Positions 35,539-44,677 of a DNA stretch of 64,000 nucleotides are shown piece by piece. The position numbers and the translations under genes are program-made. Below the pieces are notes generated by a model that searched no databases, was not told the origin of the DNA, and was given only the letters and a program-made list of their open reading frames with translations. Origin of the DNA: a virus; the IMG/VR virus record IMGVR_UViG_3300050166_000025, positions 32,001 through 96,000 of that record; one strand, given 5' to 3'. Position 1 is the stretch's first letter; each line of letters opens with the position of its first letter.

Positions 35539-36195
35539 TTAAAGGGAGGAGATATACTGGGCTAAGAAGTAAGCATCGACTAGATCATCAAAGGGTTTAG
35601 GAACCTTAGTGCCCACTTCAAGTCCTTTCGCAAACTTCCACACTTCTGAGCTTTCAAGACTCTTGTCTCCAAGACTGTTTGCAGTGAAAGCTTCCCATAA
35701 ATCCTTCTTGTTCATTCTACCACCGCCCGCAAACTTTTTAATTGAGGTAGGAGCAACTGTTACAATGTTAAACGGTTTAGCTAAAGGGCTGAAAGCTCTG
35801 TAAAGATTCAACTTAAAGATTGCTGCTCCCGCGGCCAGGTCGATTAGATTATTGGTACCACCTCCGCCGGAACCATAGGAAACACCTTCAAATGCAACAA
35901 TAGTGGGCTTAAAGGGCTCAATTAGTTCAGAGTCCCTAATGATAGAGATAATTTCATCCGAAGAGGTCATATATCTAGTTAGTTTCGACATCTCTTTTTC
36001 AGAGAACTCTTTTGAGGTTTCAAAGCCCGGTTGATATTGAAGTGTAATGTCTTTGCAAGCGGACAGTTCCTCCTGAATTCTAACCTCGGCTTTCGTGCCA
36101 CCTGCTTTAAGGTATGAGATAAACTTAGAGCCCTCTTCTGATTTTAAGAAGATGCCCGGGGAGTTAAGAGAAAAGTCAACAGCAATAATTTGCAT
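35539..36195 (-). CDS. RuvC-like (RNase H fold) resolvase/nuclease
   Basis: IIAVDFSLNSPG, FEGVSYG, VAPTSIKKFAGG, DDLVDAYFL. Start set at MQIIAV. Confidence 0.8.
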   Translation of the reverse strand: MQIIAVDFSLNSPGIFLKSEEGSKFISYLKAGGTKAEVRIQEELSACKDITLQYQPGFETSKEFSEKEMSKLTRYMTSSDEIISIIRDSELIEPFKPTIVAFEGVSYGSGGGGTNNLIDLAAGAAIFKLNLYRAFSPLAKPFNIVTVAPTSIKKFAGGGRMNKKDLWEAFTANSLGDKSLESSEVWKFAKGLEVGTKVPKPFDDLVDAYFLAQYISSL

Positions 36196-36196
36196 A

Positions 36197-36565
36197 TTAG
36201 ATTCTTGTACCAAGTGATGAGCCAACTGCGGCGCCAACCAGTCTTGAAGTTAAAAGATCATAAAGAAGGCCAGATTGAACTCCTAAGGCTCTAGCCACTA
36301 CCTTACCAATAGTATTACCGAGAGCAAATCCAGTAAGACCACCTAGAAGAGAACCAAGAAGACCTTCATTAGTTAGTTCCTCGTTGAACTTTCCAATCTG
36401 AAGTACACCATTCTCATCTGAGTAATTTGTCATAAACTCGTCAATCGCACGACCTATCTTCTCTTCAAGCTCAGGAGTTAATTCCGATGTCAAGGATTCT
36501 TTTAACATGTCAAATTCATTGACTGTTACGTTCTGTTCTGCAAGATATTCGTTGAATGTTTTCAT
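36197..36565 (-). CDS. putative virion-packaged glycine-zipper membrane protein
   Basis: MKTFNEYLAE N-terminus; GLLGSLLGGLTGFALG and VGAAVGSSLG segments. Confidence 0.6.
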   Translation of the reverse strand: MKTFNEYLAEQNVTVNEFDMLKESLTSELTPELEEKIGRAIDEFMTNYSDENGVLQIGKFNEELTNEGLLGSLLGGLTGFALGNTIGKVVARALGVQSGLLYDLLTSRLVGAAVGSSLGTRI

Positions 36566-36575
36566 ACTCTATATA

Positions 36576-37127
36576 TTAGTCTATTTCAAGCTCTATATTA
36601 AATTTGTTATAATAGAAGTTAATATCGAACGTGTTAAACTCTGCTACGTTTTGACTCATGTTAAGCTCTAGATCAGAAATAGAATTCATAATAGGCTTTT
36701 CAAATACCACAGAAACAAGATGAATCCCTTCACCGTCTAATAACTGTAGTTTAATATCGTTTGTAAATGGAGTAGCAACCTCCTTTGAGTAATAATATAG
36801 AAGAGTGTCTTGCATAATCCAGTAATTTATGAATCCATCTAAAGATTGCATCGTAACTGAGAATTGGCGATCTATTAAATTTTGAATGGGTTGAGCACCT
36901 CTAAAATATCTAGTGGTACCATCGTTGTTATTTTGTGTAACTGGATCAAAGTTTATTCCGGGAATACTCACACCTTGAATAGAGTAATTAATAAAATCTA
37001 TAGGTTCTGTTATGATATTACCTGGCATTCTATTCAAATACTTCTTGTACTTGTCAGCCACTTCCTTAGGAATAAACGTCCTAGGAAATTGAAAGTTAAA
37101 CAGATTATTTCTACTATTTAATATCAT
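36576..37127 (-). CDS. tail tube/tail completion family protein (gp19/gp3-like)
   Basis: IQGVSIPGI, FSVTM..DGFINY, FDINFYY pattern. Confidence 0.6.
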   Translation of the reverse strand: MILNSRNNLFNFQFPRTFIPKEVADKYKKYLNRMPGNIITEPIDFINYSIQGVSIPGINFDPVTQNNNDGTTRYFRGAQPIQNLIDRQFSVTMQSLDGFINYWIMQDTLLYYYSKEVATPFTNDIKLQLLDGEGIHLVSVVFEKPIMNSISDLELNMSQNVAEFNTFDINFYYNKFNIELEID

Positions 37128-39169
37128 TATACAATGTTAACTATTCCGTAATATAAGGTTGAACTGCTGGCTCCGTTAGTTATATTGATGTAAAACTTGT
37201 CGGTCATTAAATTAGTGTCAGGCTGGTCAAATCTTGTAGCAACATACTTAGGTATTTTAAACATGATTTCACCCTTGCCCATGTCGATATCTGGAAAACT
37301 TAGATCAGCACTAATTAGTTGTTCTACTGTTCCACTCTTAATTAAAATGTCAATTGAATCAGCATTAACTAATGAAACTTCTTTCATCGAGTTTCCGTCT
37401 TGTTGCACCACTTTAAATTTAATAAAATTGTCTGCGACTTTAGATAGAGTCATAACTCCTTCTCCTTCAGGTTTAAATAAAATGGGAGAGATAGAAGTCA
37501 CTTCTGTTCCGTTTAATATAACAGATGTGTTGCCAGCTCTTACGTTAACAGTATCTATTGCAACAGGAACATATCTAGTTTCTCCAACAGAAGGTCTTAT
37601 CGAATTTACAAATGTTTCAATTGTTTTTGAAGAAGCAGTTGACGCAATAGTATTGTATACTTTATTAATTACATTGTTGCCTATCGCGAGTTGTAACATT
37701 TTCTTTCCATATTTAGAAGGCTTTCTGTATATTAATGAAGCCTGCTTCAAGATTTGAGTGTTATCGGTTACGTTATAGATTCTTAAGTTTAGGTTAATTA
37801 AGAATGAAGCTGCAACGTTTGCGTTCTTAATGATTGGCCTAAAACTAATAGGCTCATCAAATCTGTCAGTTTGAACATAAGAACCAATAAAAGTTGGCGC
37901 GTAGTTTAACCCTATTTGTTCCAATACTTCTATATCATAGAAAACTGTAATATCATCTGATGATTTCTGAATTCTATCTAGTATGTATTGAGAAAAATTA
38001 GCAATAGAACCATCTTTAGTTCCATATAGATTGAAGTAATCTCCGTCTCCGGCCTCTTCAACAACAGCAGCGATATCCTGGTACTCATCTTCTTGCGGTA
38101 GAATTAATTCTAATTCATAACCCGTATCTGCGTATTTAACACCATCAATAGTCGTTAACTTATCTATTAACTTAAATGCTATTTCATAATTTGCGCTTGG
38201 GTTTAAAGCAGCTTGCGTTCCGACTGCGCCGAAGAAAGCCTCTTCGAAATCAAGATTAAGCTGATTGTCAAACATATCAACTAACGATGGAACTTTAATC
38301 TCAATGAATTTAGAGAATGCAACTCCACTTAAAATAAATGGAGATGGATTCTGTACTTCATAGCTTGAATTGTTTAAATATGCTAAAGAAGTAAAGAAGT
38401 TGTAGATTCCTGAATTTCTTTTAGCTTTAGTTTGAAAAATAAAACCCTGATATCCTCTAGCCGCAAATGAAAAACCAGTTCTTAAATGTAGTCTAATTGT
38501 ATCGTAATTTACATGATTAGATGCGATAGATTGATTTACCAGGTCAATTGCTTTTGTTCCTGTCCAGTTTATACTGTTTAAATGAGTCAATGAATTATCT
38601 AATAACGCGTATTTAGTTCCATCTGTATTATCTAAAATAGCATACCATCTTCCAACCTCGCCGGTACCAGTTTTAATAGTGTTTCCGGTTTCTTGCTCGG
38701 GAGTTGCATAAATAGAGTTAACTTTGTCTCCTACCTGAATAGAACCAGTTTGCGTAGAAGGATAAGAATAATGATAGGTTCCGTTTGTGTTTGGAACATA
38801 AGTTGCAACGCTACCTACAATACTAAAGCTACCTCCTCCACTAATCGTAAAATTAGCAGGCACAGAGAGAGCAGATAGATTAAACACGTAAGTTTTACCG
38901 TTTTGTAATAGTAATTCCCTAGAAGCAAAATCGTTGATAACCAAGTACGCTCCAGTTTGAGAAACTGTAAAATTCACAACATCATCTCCGAGTTCGTGGA
39001 TCAGATATCGTGTCTTAGTGTTATCGTTTTCAATTGTGTTTAAGAATTTAATATGGCTTCCACTGTTATCTACCGAGATAATCGAATTTGAGTTATTCGA
39101 TTGATCGTGATAGATGAACTCTAGTAGAACATCAGTATCTAATCTTAAAAATTTAGAAGATTTAGCCAT
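37127..39169 (-). CDS. putative virion structural protein
   Basis: 680-aa beta-rich ORF in the tail module. Confidence 0.6.
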   Translation of the reverse strand: MAKSSKFLRLDTDVLLEFIYHDQSNNSNSIISVDNSGSHIKFLNTIENDNTKTRYLIHELGDDVVNFTVSQTGAYLVINDFASRELLLQNGKTYVFNLSALSVPANFTISGGGSFSIVGSVATYVPNTNGTYHYSYPSTQTGSIQVGDKVNSIYATPEQETGNTIKTGTGEVGRWYAILDNTDGTKYALLDNSLTHLNSINWTGTKAIDLVNQSIASNHVNYDTIRLHLRTGFSFAARGYQGFIFQTKAKRNSGIYNFFTSLAYLNNSSYEVQNPSPFILSGVAFSKFIEIKVPSLVDMFDNQLNLDFEEAFFGAVGTQAALNPSANYEIAFKLIDKLTTIDGVKYADTGYELELILPQEDEYQDIAAVVEEAGDGDYFNLYGTKDGSIANFSQYILDRIQKSSDDITVFYDIEVLEQIGLNYAPTFIGSYVQTDRFDEPISFRPIIKNANVAASFLINLNLRIYNVTDNTQILKQASLIYRKPSKYGKKMLQLAIGNNVINKVYNTIASTASSKTIETFVNSIRPSVGETRYVPVAIDTVNVRAGNTSVILNGTEVTSISPILFKPEGEGVMTLSKVADNFIKFKVVQQDGNSMKEVSLVNADSIDILIKSGTVEQLISADLSFPDIDMGKGEIMFKIPKYVATRFDQPDTNLMTDKFYINITNGASSSTLYYGIVNIV

Positions 39170-39184
39170 TCTAGGTTTTTAATT

Positions 39185-39970
39185 TTAAAATTGTAGAAAC
39201 GCAGGACTCCAATATAAACCAGCATTTATGTTAGGTCCATATTGAATAGTTTGTCCATTGATTAGAGTCATACCATAACCAACACCAAACCCAATAGACC
39301 ATCTTGCTTTCTTAGGAGTTTTTTCGTTTAATTTATTATTTATCAAGTTTATATTTTCAATATTTTCAAAATCTAATCCAGGATAAGTTGAACTCATTTT
39401 AATTTTCTTATAACCATCTTTCTCATCAATTGAAGCGTACAATTTAATTTCCTGTGATAGGTTGAAATCTGAATTTTGAACATTAAATTTGTCGCCACTT
39501 AAAGTAAATTTTACTGAGCCATCGAATCTTCTAGTGTTACCTTTTCCAAAGTCTTTAAAATCATTAAACTTAAATACAGTAGTCGTATCGTTTAATTTTG
39601 AAACTATTGTCTCTGTTTTAATCTCATCTTTTATCTTAACTTGCGCCTTCAATAGTGCATTAGTAGACTTTAGAGATTTAGAAAGTTGTAAAGCATCAGA
39701 ATACTCATTTGCTAAATCTTTATATTTACCCATAAATTCATTTATGTCATATACGAAACTTCTCTTCTCTGCAATCAAGCCTACGTTTTCGCTCTTATAC
39801 TTTTTAATAGTATCGTTTGCTGCAAGCAGATTATTATAATGAATACCTGCATCAGCCTTAGTTTTTACTAACTCGGCTTTTAATTCAGAAATAGCATTAC
39901 ACTGTCTTAAAAAAAGAAGAGCAAATATTGCTAACAATAAAAAGATAATTAAGTTTCTATTTAAGTTCAT
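39185..39970 (-). CDS. membrane protein, candidate spanin
   Basis: N-terminal hydrophobic helix ending in Cys, coiled coil, and C-terminal amphipathic beta hairpin ending in Phe. Confidence 0.5.
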   Translation of the reverse strand: MNLNRNLIIFLLLAIFALLFLRQCNAISELKAELVKTKADAGIHYNNLLAANDTIKKYKSENVGLIAEKRSFVYDINEFMGKYKDLANEYSDALQLSKSLKSTNALLKAQVKIKDEIKTETIVSKLNDTTTVFKFNDFKDFGKGNTRRFDGSVKFTLSGDKFNVQNSDFNLSQEIKLYASIDEKDGYKKIKMSSTYPGLDFENIENINLINNKLNEKTPKKARWSIGFGVGYGMTLINGQTIQYGPNINAGLYWSPAFLQF

Positions 39971-39972
39971 AA

Positions 39973-42225
39973 TTAATATATTGAGGCTGTTCTATTTGTT
40001 GAAGTACCACCTGTGATTGCTAAAGTGTATGAGTAATTCCCAGCAGGAACTTGAACAGTTAATATTTGCTGTGGATTATTAGCGTCAACGTCTCCATATA
40101 ACGTGTAATTCTGACTACCACCTGAAATAATTAATTGAGAAGAACCTGTTCCACCACTAGAGAATGAGCGAGTTGTTCTAAGAGTAATAGTAGAAGTTCC
40201 TGATACCGATAAGCTTCCATTTGTAGATAGCGTAGTAGCATCGCTGACCATTGTTCCTCCAAAGAAAGTATACGCAGCTCCAACGTTTGCAACTATTTCA
40301 GGAGAGTATTGAATCGAGCTCTGAGTTCCTGTTGCAGCGTCTAGCGTCACTATACCTACTCTAAAATAATAGGTTTCCACAGAAGAAAGAGCATAAGTGC
40401 CGCTAGTTGGAATCACGTAGGTTGAGCCAGTTGCTCCTGAAATGTTAAACATTCCATTTGAACCAAATCTCATCTGCCACTGATACGCGTGAGTAAGTTG
40501 TGATGTATTTCTCCAAGCAGGTAAACTCTTAGATGAATATAAAGTTGCAGTTTCATTGATAATCATACTCTTATTGCTAGGACCTCCAACCGAATCAAAT
40601 GCTGCAACCGGTAAAATACATGTCTGTGCATCTCCATTCTCTAAGCAAGGCGCAGGGAATAGGTTATCAAAGATAACGCCAGCGTTAACATATCTAACGT
40701 ATCCGTCTACGGTGTAGTATCCATCATTAGCTGGTAAAGTTGTACCAGTTTGATATAAGTAAACCTTACCTGTTGGGCCTTCGTAATTTAAGTCAACATC
40801 TCTCCATGCTTCCGCTTTAGTTCCTGCAACTTGATGTTGAATCCATGAAGCGTATGTTGGATTGGTAGGTGGAATAGAAATATCATATACATTCGAGTTG
40901 TAACCTGCGCATGAATCCCATGGATTAGTAGAAGAAGTCATGGTAACCGAAGCAATTATTAAATTATTAATAATTTCGCCTTGATCTCCAGCATCTTCCC
41001 AATATAAATTATCATGGCCTAAGTAAACAATATGAACCATTTTGTAAAGATCCATCGCCACGCCACTTGAACCCGGATAAATTAACTCGTTAGCAGTATT
41101 AAGATTTGTAGTAATAGTATACTCGTTATGAACTGATTCGTACGTAGCATCTAAACCTAAGTCAGCGCCACCGTTCAAGGCTAAAATTGAATTAATTATT
41201 TCAATCGGACCTTGCCCTTGACCAGATGGTCTCTCCGTGTTGTTTGTGATCTTGTAACTGAAAGAGCATAGGTCTTTAGTTGAATAAGAGACTCCAGCCC
41301 CATCAATCCAGTTTTTACCATTTGAGATATACCATCCTTTATAAGCTCCTTTTCCTCTGCCATATAGGATATGAAGAGGTGAGGCATCGCTTGGAAGAAA
41401 TGCTCCTTGTTCAAAGTTATTAGGATTATCGAAAATGTCGGTTAATACCGGCACAATAGTTCCTACTGGAACTGCTCCACCTATTTCTGAAATATTTTTC
41501 CAGGTTGCATTTCCTAAAGAGTCTGTTCCTGCTAAAATTTTATTAAGTGCCGGCGTACCAACGTGTATTTGTAGAGGTGCTGTAATTGTTACACCTTCAT
41601 TAAAGTTAGTAGCAACATTAGCCTCTAGCAGATCAGCGTCTATTGTAACTAGATCGTTCGCACCATCTGAAAATATATGTTTTGCTGCTACTTTTTTATT
41701 AACAGTATTTGTAAGAGAACTAAATGATTCTGTTTTGACAGTTTTGTCACCTACTAAATCAATGTTAATATACGCAAAGTTTCCATTGGTATTGGTAACT
41801 CCATCATCTAATAGTTGAACGTTATAATTATGAAGACCTGTCTTTTTATTAATTAAAAGGCTTGACTCCTGTAAAACAACATCATATAAAGGATCATTTT
41901 TATCAACACCCACCATTATGGTCGGAGCGTTTGGTTTAGCAGTGTGATCGTGTATAGGAACGATTGTGTTGTTATTAGCACCTACGTTAACTTTCCAGAA
42001 CTCTTGGCCTGGATCTCCTTTTTGTCCAGCTGGACCCTGTAATCCTGGAGCTCCGGTATCACCCGTGTCTCCAGTCAAACCATCAAAGCCTCTTATACCT
42101 TGAGCGCCTTGGGCACCCATAGGACCACCACCGTTAACCATAATTTGATCGAAATTATAATTAAGCTTGTCTAACACTACGTTAGCGGAATCATTTATAA
42201 GTATTTCTTTAAGATTAATCGCCAT
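39973..42225 (-). CDS. tail fiber with collagen-like repeat and collar-like domain
   Basis: About 13 GXY triplets; VPVGTIV...GWYISNG; paralogous to the next gene. Confidence 0.75.
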   Translation of the reverse strand: MAINLKEILINDSANVVLDKLNYNFDQIMVNGGGPMGAQGAQGIRGFDGLTGDTGDTGAPGLQGPAGQKGDPGQEFWKVNVGANNNTIVPIHDHTAKPNAPTIMVGVDKNDPLYDVVLQESSLLINKKTGLHNYNVQLLDDGVTNTNGNFAYINIDLVGDKTVKTESFSSLTNTVNKKVAAKHIFSDGANDLVTIDADLLEANVATNFNEGVTITAPLQIHVGTPALNKILAGTDSLGNATWKNISEIGGAVPVGTIVPVLTDIFDNPNNFEQGAFLPSDASPLHILYGRGKGAYKGWYISNGKNWIDGAGVSYSTKDLCSFSYKITNNTERPSGQGQGPIEIINSILALNGGADLGLDATYESVHNEYTITTNLNTANELIYPGSSGVAMDLYKMVHIVYLGHDNLYWEDAGDQGEIINNLIIASVTMTSSTNPWDSCAGYNSNVYDISIPPTNPTYASWIQHQVAGTKAEAWRDVDLNYEGPTGKVYLYQTGTTLPANDGYYTVDGYVRYVNAGVIFDNLFPAPCLENGDAQTCILPVAAFDSVGGPSNKSMIINETATLYSSKSLPAWRNTSQLTHAYQWQMRFGSNGMFNISGATGSTYVIPTSGTYALSSVETYYFRVGIVTLDAATGTQSSIQYSPEIVANVGAAYTFFGGTMVSDATTLSTNGSLSVSGTSTITLRTTRSFSSGGTGSSQLIISGGSQNYTLYGDVDANNPQQILTVQVPAGNYSYTLAITGGTSTNRTASIY

Positions 42226-42282
42226 GATGGTCTATTTTTTTCTATATAAGTATTTATCTGTCTTTTATTTAGTCGACAACCA

Positions 42283-44676
42283 TTATGAAATAGTCACCAT
42301 CGTAACAGACGTTGTTCCGCTTATTGTGTCATACGCTCCTACATAATAAGTATATTGCAAATAGGAGTCTTGCATTACAGTAAGATTGTCTCTTCTGTAT
42401 CTGCTAGGTGATGTAGAATAGTTATTAACTGGTTCTATCATCGATGTAGAATATGGTTGAGACGGAGGACTTAATTGGATATAATATCTAATATCGTACG
42501 TTCCATCTCCACCAGAAGGGGTTGCATATACTGAAATCCATCCTTCGGTTGAAGAAGTTATGCCTTTATTTATTACCAAACTTAATGCAACTGGGGCTGG
42601 TGGCAGAACCGGGTTTCCGGTTCCCGATGTTCCTGCAGTTCCACTAGTAGAACCAGAAGGAGAAGATGGGGAAGGTGCAGATGGTGTAACAGGACATCCG
42701 CTTTGGCCTGACACTAATTGAACGTTTCCAACCGCTCCGGGAGAAGAAGTATCTGTGACAGAGGTGTTATCCCATACGTAATACACATTATTGCCATAAT
42801 CATAATATTGCTGTGAAGCGATGTTTGGCTGTATTTGAGTGTATAATGTTCCACCTGATTGTTCACATGAATTTAATTTATAATACGTATATACTGGCGG
42901 AACATACGTGCATGATCCAGAAATGTTAACTTCGTTTTGACCTTCAGTATTAAAATTAGGGTCTGCCGCCGCAATTGCATCCGCATCCGCTTGAGAAATA
43001 GTGGACACATACTGCTTGCTATACGTCATAGTAGAACCTACATAATTAGAACCACAATTATCACGAGTAAAACTTCCGCTTCTGGTTGAAGTCCAGGTTG
43101 GAACTGTGTTGTCTATACAAACTCCCACTGTATTTGCATACGCTTGTCCTTGTGAATCAAAGTTAGGATCACTAGCAGCAATATTATCAACGATCACCTG
43201 TGAAATTATAGAAGCGTAATTTTTAGTGTAAGTTACTGGCGTTGTTGTAAAACCAGATTGGCAATTATTCTTAGAGAACTGCCCAGACCGGGTTGCAGTA
43301 TAAATAGTTGGCTGTGGAGTAGGCGTTGGAGCAGAACCTGGAGTAAATCCTAATACAGTAACACCTGTATTCGTTCTATTCCATGTGAGTTCATTGCCAC
43401 CCGTATCCCACTTTAAGTCTGATGCACCCAAATAACAAACGTATAGTAGTTTACTATTGCTAAACGTATTAGCACCACTTGCATTAGAATGAATTGTAGG
43501 CTGTTCGCCTGCATCTAAATATGTGGCTAGGGTCTGCTCATCAATAAGGTAAGTTGGAAAATTATAGTAATAGTTTACTCTAACATCGGCACCTGTAATA
43601 AAAGACTTGCCTAAAGTATTTGTAGTTGTAACTTCATGCGTTTGATCTCCTCCGTTTGATGCAATGTCATACTGAAAAGAATTCAGGTTTGGTAAAAAGT
43701 AACTGTTAGTTCCGTTTGTCCATGTTTCACCATTGCAAACATACCAGCCTTCATACTGTCCATTTGCTTTACCGGCTCCGACAGAAGTTAAAAGTTTTGG
43801 TGTGCCGGTCTGTGAAACCGTTTCGTGTGTAATAAAAGCAGTGTCTGTGAAAAGAGCAGAATCAACTCCAATTATGCTTCCTATTGGAAACGTAGTAATA
43901 AGGTTACTTAGCTTTTCCCATGCAGTATGACCCTGATTGTCTGTTGAAATTAAGACTTTTCCAAGACCAACTCCAGTAGTATTGATTTTAATAGTCTTAT
44001 CGATTTTAACCTGCCCATTTAATGTAACTGGATTGTGGATCTGAAATCCAACAGCTGAATCGATAGTGGCCCAGTTTACGTTTGTGAAAACGTGTGAAGC
44101 CGCTTCATATCTAAATACACCAATGGTATCGTCTGTCCATTTTTCTTCTAGGAAGGTGCTTATTCCATCCTGGTATAGAATAGTGTGTGATCTATTTCCG
44201 TTAACTGTATCATCGGCTTCAACATTTCTTAGAGTAATGTGATTTCTATAATCTAAAGGATCTAGTATATTCTTTGTTCTAATTCTTACAACTGAATCTT
44301 GGTCAGTTGAATCATAGTTCGTATCTAATTCTTCATAGCCAACTGAAATAGTAGTTGGGTAAATTTTATCTAGTTGGTTGGTTTTAAGAGTTGAATAGGA
44401 TAATGAATTGTCATTAGTTTTAATCCATAATGAATCTCCGACAACGCCCTTTTCACCTTGAGGACCAGTAGCTCCCTGTAAACCAGTTAAACCCTTAACA
44501 CCTTTAACTCCTTCTTCTCCAGGTAAACCTGTTTCACCAACAGGACCCATTGGACCACCACCTGCCACTCTAATTTGTTCAAAGTTATAGTTTAACTTAT
44601 CTAATTTTTGAAGTGACCAGAAGGCACCAGATGAATCTATATCCGATGCGTAAATTTCTTTGATTATAATCGACAT
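42283..44676 (-). CDS. tail fiber with collagen-like repeat, collar-like domain and two DUF5977-like repeats
   Basis: GXY run; FPIGSII...GWYVCNG...LPNL; two TRSGxFxxxNC...STISQ...GQ..N..G.C repeats; Pro/Ser-rich linkers. Confidence 0.75.
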   Translation of the reverse strand: MSIIIKEIYASDIDSSGAFWSLQKLDKLNYNFEQIRVAGGGPMGPVGETGLPGEEGVKGVKGLTGLQGATGPQGEKGVVGDSLWIKTNDNSLSYSTLKTNQLDKIYPTTISVGYEELDTNYDSTDQDSVVRIRTKNILDPLDYRNHITLRNVEADDTVNGNRSHTILYQDGISTFLEEKWTDDTIGVFRYEAASHVFTNVNWATIDSAVGFQIHNPVTLNGQVKIDKTIKINTTGVGLGKVLISTDNQGHTAWEKLSNLITTFPIGSIIGVDSALFTDTAFITHETVSQTGTPKLLTSVGAGKANGQYEGWYVCNGETWTNGTNSYFLPNLNSFQYDIASNGGDQTHEVTTTNTLGKSFITGADVRVNYYYNFPTYLIDEQTLATYLDAGEQPTIHSNASGANTFSNSKLLYVCYLGASDLKWDTGGNELTWNRTNTGVTVLGFTPGSAPTPTPQPTIYTATRSGQFSKNNCQSGFTTTPVTYTKNYASIISQVIVDNIAASDPNFDSQGQAYANTVGVCIDNTVPTWTSTRSGSFTRDNCGSNYVGSTMTYSKQYVSTISQADADAIAAADPNFNTEGQNEVNISGSCTYVPPVYTYYKLNSCEQSGGTLYTQIQPNIASQQYYDYGNNVYYVWDNTSVTDTSSPGAVGNVQLVSGQSGCPVTPSAPSPSSPSGSTSGTAGTSGTGNPVLPPAPVALSLVINKGITSSTEGWISVYATPSGGDGTYDIRYYIQLSPPSQPYSTSMIEPVNNYSTSPSRYRRDNLTVMQDSYLQYTYYVGAYDTISGTTSVTMVTIS

Positions 44677-44677
44677 T

